Positions 1-27,812 of a stretch of DNA of 64,000 bases are shown piece by piece. A program made the position numbers and the translations under genes. Location: contig OX638154.1 of assembly GCA_951804945.1 (NCBI GenBank), forward strand, positions 52,018,001 to 52,082,000, in the 5' to 3' direction. Within the stretch, counting starts at the first letter, position 1. Each line of letters opens with the position of its first letter. The notes under the pieces were generated by a model, which did not search any database, was not told the origin of the DNA, and saw only the letters and a program-made list of their open reading frames with translations. The stretch comes from Podarcis cretensis. Taxonomy: Eukaryota.

Positions 1-1962
1 TGAAGATCAAGATGTAACAATGGATCTGAGGGTGTGCTACTGTTTATGGTGGAAGGATGGAAGAGGAGCAAATCATTTTCATATGGGGGACTGTTGGTAT
101 TGCAGGTTTGGAGACTAACCAGGTTGAGCAAATGTGCAATTCAGAATGACTCCAGGGCCAGTTTCAGTCTTACCTCCCCATACAACACGAGTAGGTTCCT
201 AACCTGAGACTTGTTGTAATGTTTCCTAACCCTCGGTAGTGAAGCTCAGTTTACATAAGAGCAGGTTGGGATGGCTTGAACCTTAGTCAATCCTTTCTAT
301 TTAACAAGAGCTTACCAAAGTAACCATTGAACCATCTAAATAACAATAGCAGATACCAGTGTGGTAAAGTACTGGAGCAGAAGTTCTCAAACACTTGCAG
401 GCTCCATTGAGGTGGTTTGTGGAGTGGTCACAAGTATCTGTACTTGGTCCTGCACTTTATATTTTCTGATGATAGAGATGGACTTCACAGAACGTTGCTC
501 ACAAAAAAACAGGCATATCCATCACATTAGAAATAAAAGACTGCAGTTATTTAGAGTATGAGTTATAAAACAAAAAAGTAGCTGGCTGAGACCTGCACCA
601 TCCACAGCATTTTCCAAGTGGTCCATGAAAAAATGGTTTGGGAACTGCTGTACTAGAGGTTTATGTAGACATCAGCTGGAGCTTCTGCATTTCCAAGGCA
701 AAACATGTTCTTGGGGAAGAATATGCTTATGGGACAACAGAAGCTGAAACAAAACCAGGCATCTTAAGTAAATGCAAAAAGTAGCATACTGACAATGCAC
801 TGTTCTAGGTCAAGTCTTGAAAAGTGAATAGGGTATACCGTATTTTTTTCCAAGTAAGGGTTGTTCCAGTTCAGGCAGATGAAGTACTTTGAATCTGGAA
901 ACAAGATAAGCATTTTGTGTAATCCTGGCTTGTTAAGTAACTGCTTTCACTGGTTAAAAAAGACAAATTATATCAGAAATCTTCACATCAAATGTGGACT
1001 TAATGTTTAGCTAATCAGTGCAACCAAGTAGTTTATGTGTTTTGATCAGAAATTGGAGTTGTGATCTTATAGATTACTTATCTTGAATAGATGTGAAACC
1101 TTCACAATGCATATGGAAAGAACAAAGTACAGTTGGCTATATTAAGGAAAAAGCAGTACTCTGGTATTTCTATAGCAGTGGCCATGATTAAACCCCGGTA
1201 AAGAGAAGTATCTACATTAATGCACAAAACAAGCAGTACTTGGCAGAGAATGTGCCTTCTAGGTTTGGGCATGTGGTACATTGCTGCACCTTCTCTCTTT
1301 CTACTGATTTCAGTGTTTCTGTCTGGTGTTCTTTGCACTGAAACATTCCTTTAAAAAGTAGCATTTTGAGGCTGTGTGCTATACCTTTCAGTTATTTATT
1401 TGAAGCTCTTACTTCCATGCTGCTTATCTAAGCACTCCACACTTTGCCTTATTAGGAAAGGTATTGATCACTGGTGTGGTCATGGGCTGCTACAGTGCTT
1501 AGCATATGATGTTGCTGCTTTCCGGAACCTGATACCTATGCAACTGCTGCCCAGGACCTTGACTGATGAGCTTGCATTGCACACAGCACTTGACCCACGT
1601 CTTCATAGGTGGTATAAGTAGAGTAGAAGGTACAAGCAAGAGACTGTAAGAGGCCATGGAACTGAATCTTACTTTGCAGCATGGAGCAAAAAGCAACATA
1701 ATCATTACTAGCTTGTGCAAAAGACTGCCTGTTATACCTTTCTTGTGCTTTTTTTTTTTTTGGTCTGGTATGGCATGGCAGTTGGAGAATGGAATGTGTA
1801 GGTGATGTTCTGAAAATAGTGTTAAGAGGAAACAAACTTACGGAGATTAGGAGCAGTGCTCATGTCTAAACATGGCTTCTCCACAGTTATGCTGCATTTT
1901 GTAGTATGGTTTATGGAGTTGCATACTTCCTTGGTTATTCAGTATTCTTGTTTGCCCCACTC

Positions 1963-1998
1963 CTGTCTATCTTGGCCTTTCTGTCTATCTTGGCCTTT
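1963..1998. repeat. Perfect 18-bp tandem duplication
   Basis: CTGTCTATCTTGGCCTTT x2. Confidence 0.9.
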
Positions 1999-2105
1999 CT
2001 AACTCTTAAGCTATTGCTATGTGGTGGTCTCTTTCTTCACTTTTTGGACCATGTGTGAAGGGTAGAGGTGTGTGACTTCTCTACATAGCGGGTGGCTGTG
2101 TAAAA

Positions 2106-2227
2106 CAGGTATATGTGGTGCCCTCCTAATTATGATGGGCTACCATTACACCTAATGGCTATGCTGGCTGAGGCTTGTGGGAATTGTAGTTCAACAACAT
2201 CTGAAGGGCCAGTGGTTAGCCACCCTG
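2106..2227. mobile_element. Degenerate copy of the same hAT MITE family
   Basis: Right arm tgggaattgtagttcaacaacatctgaagggcc...caccctg. Similar degenerate copies at ~7170-7274, ~36740-36850, ~43190-43295 and ~50373-50497. Confidence 0.6.
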
Positions 2228-3796
2228 GTGTAAAATAACTCACCTGGCTGCTTCTAGGGCCTTGGCCTGCTACAGTATGCCCCTCTCACTTCAGCAAACT
2301 ATTATAACAGCAGCAGAAGGTGAGCAGGAGCACCAGGAAAGCAGCTATGACATGGTATAAGCAGTGTTATAAACAGAAATATGAAAGCTAGGAGCTAAAT
2401 GGCAGCTTAAACTTGGGGTATGGGTGCAACAATGGAATGTCTAGGCACACTTTTTTGTAACAAGAATGCAAAGCTGAAAATGAATGAACTGCAGCTAAAA
2501 TATTATGTTCATTTTTCACATGGTCTATCCTTCCACTGCTCACCCACTAACATTCTTGAGGGTCTCTTCTCCAGTCTTCAGAGAGTAGCTGGAAGTGGAG
2601 AGGCAGAAAAAGGTCCTTTCCTTCCACTCTGCAGTTTTAATCTGAAATCTTAGGCGCAGTACTGCACCCAGAGGTCAGAAGCCACTTGCGCTAACAGAAT
2701 TCCCTGTTGCAAAATGTGCCTAGAACAATGGGAGTTTTGAACACTGGGTATAAGCTAGTCTTACTTCTCTGTACTACCCTGTGCTAATTTATGCTGTGCC
2801 CATTTCTGGAGGTTCCCATTCTACCAGTTACTATCTCTCCCTCTCCCACTCCCATGACTTTTCTTTTTTGCTGGTATGTATCACAAGCCCCCACCCCAGG
2901 GATCATACATACGCAGCCAGATACTAAGAGCATTGGCCAGATGGGCTGTAATGTGCATAGCATACAGTGGCCCTCCTATTATCTGATAAACAATTATGAA
3001 GTTGATTTGGGTGTATTAATGCTTCAGAAAAGTTGCCCAAATAAGGAGAAAGGAAGGATGCCAATGGATTTAAAATAGAACTTTATTTGGCATAGCAAGG
3101 TCTACAAGTAGTGTTTAAAAATGGTTTTTTTAATTGGCAAATTATTCTAAGTCTTAAAAATGTTACTAGCTTTAACTGAAGTAGGTTCTTGACTTAAGGG
3201 ATGTATATATCCCTTACCTGTTACATCTTGTACCTTGTGCTCAATGCTGTTTTGATTCCTGATTGGATGGCAGATGTTTACACAACACAGTGCCAGCTGT
3301 GTTATATTTTTCTTCTCTATTAGGATATGGAATGATGTTTCTCCTTTCTGTTTGATAGGCAGTGCCATATAGTCATGTTCAACAGAAATAACTTTGAGCA
3401 TTATATTGGATGGTACACATCTAAGGATGTCAGTGACTTATGCTTGTGGGTCGGAAATGATGAGTGGATAAACATACCCTATCCTGCTACTGGGAGGAAA
3501 GATGCTAGTACAAATCTCTTTCGCTAACACAGATCAACAGCCACCCCTTTCTTCATTCTGGGCTTTTAAACTCCAAAGAGCTGCAAAATATGTAACCTCC
3601 AGCTGAGCAGACAATGCATATTTTGTAGGAGTATAACTGTATGGAGAACTATTGGATTTCATTTCTACTTGTTTCTATAGGATGCCATTGCCTCTTGTGT
3701 TCTTGTGTGCTTCCCATAGGTGTAGGTATGTGGTTGCCCACTGTGGGAAACAGGATCCTAGACAAGATGGGCCTTTGGTTTAATGCAGCAATGCTG

Positions 3797-4008
3797 TTAT
3801 TATTTATTTACTACATTTGTATCCTGCCTTTCCTCCAAAGAGATATCAAGGAGATATATATACTTCTCCCCATTTTACCTTCAACCCACCTTTCAGGGTT
3901 GTAGTGAGTTGAGTGGCCCAAGATCACCCAGTGAGCTTCATGGCTGTGTGGGCATATGAACCCTAGTCTCCAAAGTCCTGTTCAGCACTCTACCCACTAT
4001 ACTGGCTC
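3797..4008 (-). mobile_element. tRNA-derived MIR/CORE-like SINE with L2-type tail
   Basis: ttatttattt tail, tggcccaagatcacccagtgagcttcatggctg..tgaaccc core and B-box. Partial second copy at ~28471-28551. Confidence 0.6.
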
Positions 4009-4789
4009 TTTATCATAGGATTCTTATACCCCAGCTATTCAAAGCCTGGTTCTTGCTTCTGAGTCCTAAAATTCAGTTCCTCATGCTATCAGCAAATCTA
4101 ACTCCTCGAGGATACAAAATCCTAGCCTCAATAGGAAAACTTTTCCCAACTTCTAGTTACACCTTTAACACTGGATGGTGTGGGTTAGCTCAAGGTTCAA
4201 CCAGAGTATAGAAACCTGCCCTCCTTCCTCAATCGCACTCTTATCTGCTTTTCCCATGTATGAGAATATGGCAGAGGTTGAGCCTGGGCATGTAGGGGCA
4301 CAATTGGCTTCCAAGAGTGCTCTAAGTTATAGCTAACTATAACTTCCACTTGCCAGTGGAAGCTGGATAAATGGGGATCTGTGGTATAATTTCACATGTG
4401 AATTAAGCTGCAGTGCTACACACCCCTGTTCCCCCAACAGAACCCCAAGTCTACTGTGCTGCCACTCTTAGCCCAGGGCTGCTTTATGTGCACAGATAAA
4501 CACCAGCACAATTGAGAGCACAGTGAGAAGAATAGGTTTACTTAGCTTCTTAACATAAAAAACACCATTTGGCAGAACTACTGTATTGTAGATGTCAGCC
4601 AGTTAAAATGTTGATCTATCCATCCACCAAGAGGAATGTCCAGGCCTGGGAAAGTGATATTCCTTGCCTTATACATGTGTCTAGTTATGGGTAGGAGGAA
4701 GAAGGTTGTGATAAAAACCATGTTTGGTTATCTCATCTAGATGCAGAAAGGGAAGGCAACTTTTTCTCATCATGGCCCAGTTGGTACTG

Positions 4790-7700
4790 TCATCCAGAAG
4801 GCTCATCTTCATATGCAATGGCAATTCCCCGTCGTCCAGCCACGGCTTTTGTGACTGCTGACTGCCCCAGCTGCTGCTCCAGCCCCCGCCAGCTTCGTGA
4901 CTCCAAAAATGAGGCTAAGACACACAAAAAGTCAATCAAACAAAAACAAAACAGAAGAACAATGATCATAGCATAAATGATTTCCCCAAGCTGAATTCCA
5001 GACACCACTCTGGAAGAGAACAGAGCTTACAGTATATTCAAGATTATGGATGAAAGAGCCCATGGGGCCCACTGCCCCACTCATTACTGCAACTGTAAAT
5101 GGAGGAAGGCGACTAGGCTGCTAATTGCTATTCTGACACTAGCATAAACCTTTGAAACATTCACCATATAACAGACTTCAAAACAGCCATTTTCATCTCC
5201 CAAGAACAACCATTAGTCACAAGAAAGGTCCTAACAGATGAGATTTGCCACCATTTGTGTGGACCGTTAACATAATCTGTTCCCGACCCCTCAGACACAT
5301 ACCTGCTGGGCTACTCTCAGCCATATGCATATGGCTGCGGCAGGTCACAGAGGTGCCAGAGCTTGGCTCTGGGTCCGGTGCTGTATAAAGACAAGTTGAG
5401 CGTAGCTCGCCAGTGATGAGTGAAATGCTGGGTTCACTGTCAGCCTCTGAAACCTTGTCTGGGAAATGGGTGTGTTCACATGCTCCTGCAGGCAACAGCA
5501 AGGGAAAGAGTAATAGCTAAGCTTGGCCCATCCAGAATCATGCCCTGCTTTTACCCACCTAAGGATGATCAAGAGGTGCAGAATTAGCACATGGAAAACA
5601 GCAGTAGGTGGGGTTGGCATTGCTCGCCTGGCTTCCCAACATGCTGCTTGTTACTGAGAGGTTGGGGAACTTGATAAGGGCATAGCTACTCTGATGCTTC
5701 CTTTCCTGCACCTATACCACACTGAGCTCCCCACTGCCTTGCCCTTTCCCCTCTTGGTCACTGGCAGCAATGCATGGCATGGGGAAGCCAGGTGAGCAAC
5801 ATCAGCCCCACTGGCCACTGCAAGGTGCAACTCTTCTTTGACCACCATTTCATATGGCAAATGTGGAGAGGACTATGGGAGGTACGCATAGCCCAATTAT
5901 ATCTGCTTGCACAATGGAACTTCCCCACTTCCTCCTTTCCCAAATCAGCTCTGAAGGGTTAGGGGAACCCCTAGAATAGATTCAGGGCAAGAGGAGGGGG
6001 GAGTTTCATTGTGCAAGTGAAAGTCTTTGCACTGACAGGACATGTTACTATTTTGGATACAACCCTATGTATTTGAATTATCCCCAATGTAGAAATTGTT
6101 CCCTGCCGCTGGTCTGTCTTTGTGTGGGTGTAGGGAACTTTATGGTCATTGCTGCTGCAGCAGACTATGCCTTCAGGGCAGGCCCAAGAGCATTGGTAGA
6201 GCTGTGCAGCTTTTATGAGTCTGAAATTGCAATTCATCGTGAGACTCAAGTTATCATTATAATAAAGCAACTTTCAAACCCTTATGCCTGCAGAGAGAAT
6301 TTTGGAAGTGTGTGACCAAACATAATTTCCAGAGTCTGGTGTGAAAGGAGCTCACTGGTTGTTGCCTCTACTCATTTCTCCAGTTACGAATCCTAGTATT
6401 ACCTGGTAGGAGGTGACGGAAATCTGTGACATAGCTGCCAGTCCAGGTCCGTGCTGGATTGCATGCCATCTCCAGCTCGTAGGGCGTGACCACAGGCCGG
6501 TAGAAGTCAGCTGAATCAAGCAAAGAGTTCTGTGGGCAGGCTACCAACACAAAAATGTCCACCTCTAGAAAGTTTGCCAGCTTTGCAGGGTTGGGTTTAC
6601 CCACAGCCAAGGTATAGGCCCGTTTGCCTGCCCGCTGAATGATGCCACGCAGATGCTCCAGAACAGACAAGTAGTCTGCCACACCAAGAGTGCCCACCAC
6701 AATGCCCACTACTTGGGCATCCCGTGCCCGCTCCACTAGATAGAGGCGTCGCCTCAGGGCCCGGTTCACATCCAATGTTTCCCGTCGGCCTTGTCCTGTC
6801 TGAGGATTAAAGGAGCTGAAGGGACACCGGTTCCAGCTCAGCATGAAGTTTGTGAGTTCTGGGCCTTCACAACCCACGTAGAACATGGCGTAGTTGTCAA
6901 GACCATGCTGACTGTCCACTACAAAGTGCCTCCCAAATTTCTTCACCAGCCCAGGAACTGGCTGAAGTTCCTTGTTATCCAGTTGAGAGAAAACTACATT
7001 GGGATAAATGGGGTTCAGCAGAGCGGCCAGGTTATCTGAGGGAAAGAGAAATGAGAAGTCGTTCAGTTTAGAGACAATAACTGTCACATACGCCTCACTG
7101 TTCCAAATACTCAGCAGGCCTTTTCCATGGACAGGGAAGGGCCCTTGTGCTAGACACTAGGTTTAAAGCTGTGATGGGGAACTCCTATCAGCCTCATGCA
7201 GCATAGCCAGTGGTCAGGGATGATGTGAGTTCTAGTCCAACAACATCTGGAGAGCAATAGGTTCCCCATCCCTGATTTAAAGGATGTAAACAGAGGGGAG
7301 TTAACTGAAAGCGAATATTACAAGGAAAGATTACTTCTGTGGTCCTTTAAAAGAGAACAACCCCTCCAGCCGCCAAATCAGAAATATAAATTGGAACATT
7401 CACAGGAGTATTGTCTTGAATTTTCTCACTCATAGAATCATAGAACTTATAAAAGCCTCTTTGGCAGGTATCTGTGCATTAACTGACCACATTCCTAGTT
7501 CATTCAAACTACAAAGGAGTAAACACTGATTAATTTATGTGGTTTTGCCTTTGAACATTAGCATGCAGGTCTATTAGCTTTGCTCTGAAGAATGTTATTG
7601 TTTGAGGAAACTGCAAACTAGTATCCTAGTGGCAAATGAGGTGGGGAGCACAGAGAGAAATAGGCATTTCCTGGTTAATCCAGCCCTGAGGATAGTAGAG

Positions 7701-9981
7701 AGGGTTAAAAGCTGGGACTGAGTAACATTGGAAGGCAGATAAGACATAAAGGGCAGGACTGGCAAGGAGAGCACTGTTTGAGGTTAGAGGATGCCCACTG
7801 TAGCTTTTTCTCATCCTGGCCTGATGTATCTCTTGAATACCACCCACCACCCACATTGTGATCCCCATGGTCTCACCAAGAGAATGAAAATAGGCCACTT
7901 CACTCAGCACAACCACATGAGCTAGAGGGTCTGGATGCAACTCCCGGAAGACTTCTGTGCAGCGCGCCACGTCTAGTTGTTTGTGGCCAAACACATGGAG
8001 CACGGGCAGCTTGCGGCAGGGACTCAAGCAGGCAGGGCCATAGTGCACCACAGCCTCAGCGCCCACGTGCTCTGCTGCCACTTCATCCACGCAACAGCTA
8101 AAGAAAAGCAACAGCATTAGCTATGGAGGGCAGCTTTCCTCAAAACACCTACCACCTCTATCACACAGAAAAATGCTTCCTTTGTAGTAAATGGGTTACC
8201 ATTGTAGAGACTGGATTTCCCCTGTCACCAGCTCACTCAGCATGCAAGGAGCCCCAGGCCTGACAGCAGATGGGAAAAATACTCTGTTACCAACACCCAA
8301 GATGCAGGAACTGGGGAGCAACTAATGATCCCAAAGTCCTACTCTCTTGTCATAAATAGTACCCCCACCCCAGCAGAGGCAGTCAAGAGACTGCTGAACA
8401 TCCAGAGGCTGACATATTACTACAGAACCCCTTGAAAATGCAAGCCTGCAGTATAGTCCTATGCATGTTCTCAGCACTAAGTTCCATGTTTTCAATGAGG
8501 CTTACTCCCAAGTGTCTATAGGATTACGGCCTCAGCTTCTATCATTTGTTTATGTGGAAGGAGGTTCCTGTTGTGACCTCACCTGCCGTATGATGTGTCC
8601 CCCAGAATGTACATTTTGGCACCAGTTGCTGCTTCCATCTTGCTAGCAAGGCTTGCTGAATCTGGCAAGAGTTCATCGGGAAACTGAAGAGCAACCTACA
8701 AAACAAACCCAATATAATTATTCAGCACATGTCCACTGTACACAGCTAGCAGTACTGTGGGTTTCCTGGGGAATTAGGCTTTGAAGAAAAAGGTCCCATC
8801 CACATGGACAGGATTTTTTCTTGTAAGTCTAATTGCCATGGGGAGAGGGGTTTGAAGGGTGAGGGTGGCAGCACTGGGGAGAGGGTTAATTTACCCCCCC
8901 CCCCAATCTGCATTGTGACTCCCTCAAAAACCTGCATACTGAGTGAAATGAATTTCCTCTAAGCTTAACTGCAGCAGGGAAGGGCAAAGAGCAAAAGCAA
9001 AAAAATGAGGAAGAATGGGTGGGGAGAGAGAATAGAATGGATGGACATACATGTGTAAGCAGTGATGTGGGTTTGCCAGTCAATTCTGAACTGGAACAAA
9101 ATCCTTCGAAAATTAGGTCCGTGTGAACAGGGCAATATGTGATGCCCTAGAACACTGGCTTTCAACAGGTGGACTTGGGCCCACTGGTGGGTCACGGCCT
9201 GATCCAAGATGGGTCACAACAGGAGCATAACCACCGTGCAAATATATGATAAAAGATTAAGAAATAGTTTTCCATATGTATGTTGGGGTTAAAAGTAGGT
9301 CCTGGGTCTGAAAAGGTTGAAGAATACCTGCCTTAGAGAAGGGTCTAATTTGGTATTTTTATTTTACTTGTATTTAGCAAACAAGAGCTAAAAACTTGAA
9401 ACTGCCAAGTTTGCCTAATGCTGTATTTGCAACTGGCATCCATTCATTGTTGATCATGACCTTATGAAACATATTTTTTCCTTGTGGAAAAATAAAGCAC
9501 CAGAAAGTCCACCACACATCACTGGTGAAAAGGAAAAGGTGGGGGGAGAAGAGATGTGCCTTGGGCGGCCTCAGCTCTCCCATCGCTGGCATGTTCCCCC
9601 TGGGAGATATGGCCCTTGGGGGAGGATTCCACATCTCTGCCTTAAATACTGTAGTGTGTGAGCTGCTTCTACATATTTATTTGTTTGGTAAACAAAACTT
9701 TTTAAAAGTCCCCCATATTTAGTGCCCCAATACTTGATTATTTGGGGCGGGGATGTCCACTAACTCTAGGGGAAGAACTGACATTCATGCCTGTAGCTTT
9801 CTGGCAAAAGGGCAAACTACTGTCTCACCTTAGTGAAGCCATTATCAGATACAAATGCAGCTGCTCTCTCCAGTTCATAGAACTCTTCCAGCCTGGTGGT
9901 TGGGGGACGTCCACTTGCTTCTGCAGGAATCACGGCACGCTGCATAACCTCAGCACCATCACTGCTGAATGCTGTTGCCAT
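4790..9981 (-). CDS. DPH2: Diphthamide biosynthesis protein 2; 6 coding exons, 475 aa
   Basis: Exons (minus): 9981-9829, 8695-8583, 8097-7877, 7035-6403, 5485-5303, 4914-4790. All introns GT-AG, phases consistent, total 1428 nt. Kozak gccaccATGg. Translation [12 protein letters not shown]...[10 protein letters not shown]...[19 protein letters not shown]...[23 protein letters not shown]...RSWRGLE...[15 protein letters not shown] carries hallmark Dph2 motifs. Confidence 0.96.
9153..9330. mobile_element. Degenerate hAT-type MITE in a DPH2 intron
   Basis: Ends cactggctttcaac / gttgaagaatacctg with near-identical 8-bp flanks CCCTAGAA / CCTTAGAG. Confidence 0.5.
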
Positions 9982-10323
9982 GGTGGCCTATATCCAAACT
10001 ACAAAAATACAAGGTGATGCTCGTCCGCATAGCAATATCCCACTACTAGCAAGATGCTGGATGAGAATGGTCCTGAGCGTCAGTTCTCCAAGGTCACATT
10101 TACAGGATCATATTCTATATTAATCAGTAGGGAACCGACATAGCTAAAACCCTTTGTATCCATGCTTCTAATCACTAACACTGATTAGAATGCCTCCTTC
10201 ATTCAGAAACATGCACTGAAATGGGTTTGGAGAGAGACAAGAAAATGGCACTGAAGCGGCTTGGGAAACAGAAGAACTCAGGAAGGCTCCTTACACAAAG
10301 ACAGACCACGGGTCTCTCTAGTT

Positions 10324-10459
10324 CAGGGATAGGCAAACTCGGCCCTCCAGAAGTTTTGTGACTACAATTCCCATCATCCCAGACCACTGGTCTTGTTAGC
10401 TAGGGATGATAGTAGTTGTAGTCCCAAAACATTTGGAGGGCCGAGTTTGCCTATGCCTG
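10324..10459. mobile_element. Palindromic hAT MITE, 136 bp
   Basis: TIRs CAGGGATAGGCAAACTCGGCCCTCCA / TGGAGGGCCGAGTTTGCCTATGCCTG. 8-bp TSD CTCTAGTT (10316-10323, 10460-10467). Confidence 0.9.
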
Positions 10460-10648
10460 CTCTAGTTCCATGTTGTCAAGGGGACTGACTGGCATTTCGG
10501 GCAGAAGCATTTCTCAACCTTACCTGGAACTGCCAGGAATTGAATCTGGAACCCCTTTGCACACAAAACAATTGTATCCCCCCGCCCGCCTGCCCGCCCG
10601 CCATAAGAAACATTAACTACTGTGCTCCATTACTGTCACTCTACTCAC

Positions 10649-10800
10649 CTAGAGGACCCCCCAACATCCACCACATGGCCACCAATACACTTCCTGGGTG
10701 GGGTTAAAGACACCCACGCTCCTTTCCCTATCGGAACGCGTCTTTTTTCTATCGTTTCGCTTCTCTTTCTCTCTCCCGCGTCATTAGCGGGAAGCTTTGC
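10649..10800 (-). other. DPH2: Probable non-coding first exon of DPH2 (5' boundary approximate)
   Basis: Strong donor CTAG|GTGAGT (minus, exon ends 10649) at the edge of the CpG island. Acceptor tttttgtag| lies 17 nt upstream of the DPH2 ATG (exon starts 9998). Confidence 0.6.
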
Positions 10801-11036
10801 AGCTTCCAACACAGCAAGGCCCTCGGAAAGTAGAATAAACGGGAAGCCTATCAGCGCGGTGCATTGTGGGGGGTGGAGTTTCGCCTTCCTCCCATCCGAC
10901 CAATCATCCCAGCCGGCGAGAGGCGTCAGATAAACTTCGTCTGATCACGTGGAGCGTGGTTCCCGTCATTCTGTGGGTCAGGTGATTCCCGGTCGCGTTC
11001 AGTCCGTGCTGAGGACTCGTCGCCGCCGCCGCCGCC

Positions 11037-27500
<16,464 letters not shown>

Positions 27501-27806
27501 GCCCTTTGCCACCAGCCTGTCTGCCAGCTGCAGACTCTGTACATATTTATTTAATGTCTTCTGTTGGCTTGGGATGGAGCTTGGTGTATAAATTTATTCC
27601 CATGATCTTTCCCTGCGAGGCCGTGGAAGAACCTGACCTATTGATGTGTGTGTGAGAAAGAATCTGTCCTCCTTTCCTTCCATCCTTTCCTGCTCCACTT
27701 CCCCTGAAAGAAGGGGCTGGATGGACCTAGGAGAAGGAGCCTAGAGTCTTCCAGCCCTTGCACTCTTTGTGGCAACCACTGCCAACAGCAATGCCATGTT
27801 CTGTGA

Positions 27807-27812
27807 AATAAA
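27807..27812 (+). terminator. ATP6V0B: Polyadenylation signal of ATP6V0B
   Basis: AATAAA ~300 nt after the stop codon, followed by GT/T-rich sequence. Confidence 0.7.

Noticed and set aside
3457-3610. Box C/D snoRNA (ATGATGA at ~3458)
   Set aside because: No box D with a terminal stem at a suitable distance, and it is not in an intron of a reconstructed gene.
1-4700. Coding exons of a neighbouring gene (IPO13 is expected by mammalian synteny)
   Set aside because: No recognisable coding exon was found. The region may be UTR or intergenic, which cannot be decided from sequence alone.
6368-7087. 239-aa ORF as a stand-alone gene
   Set aside because: It is DPH2 exon 7035-6403 with intronic read-through on both sides. 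The same applies to other track ORFs overlapping exons.
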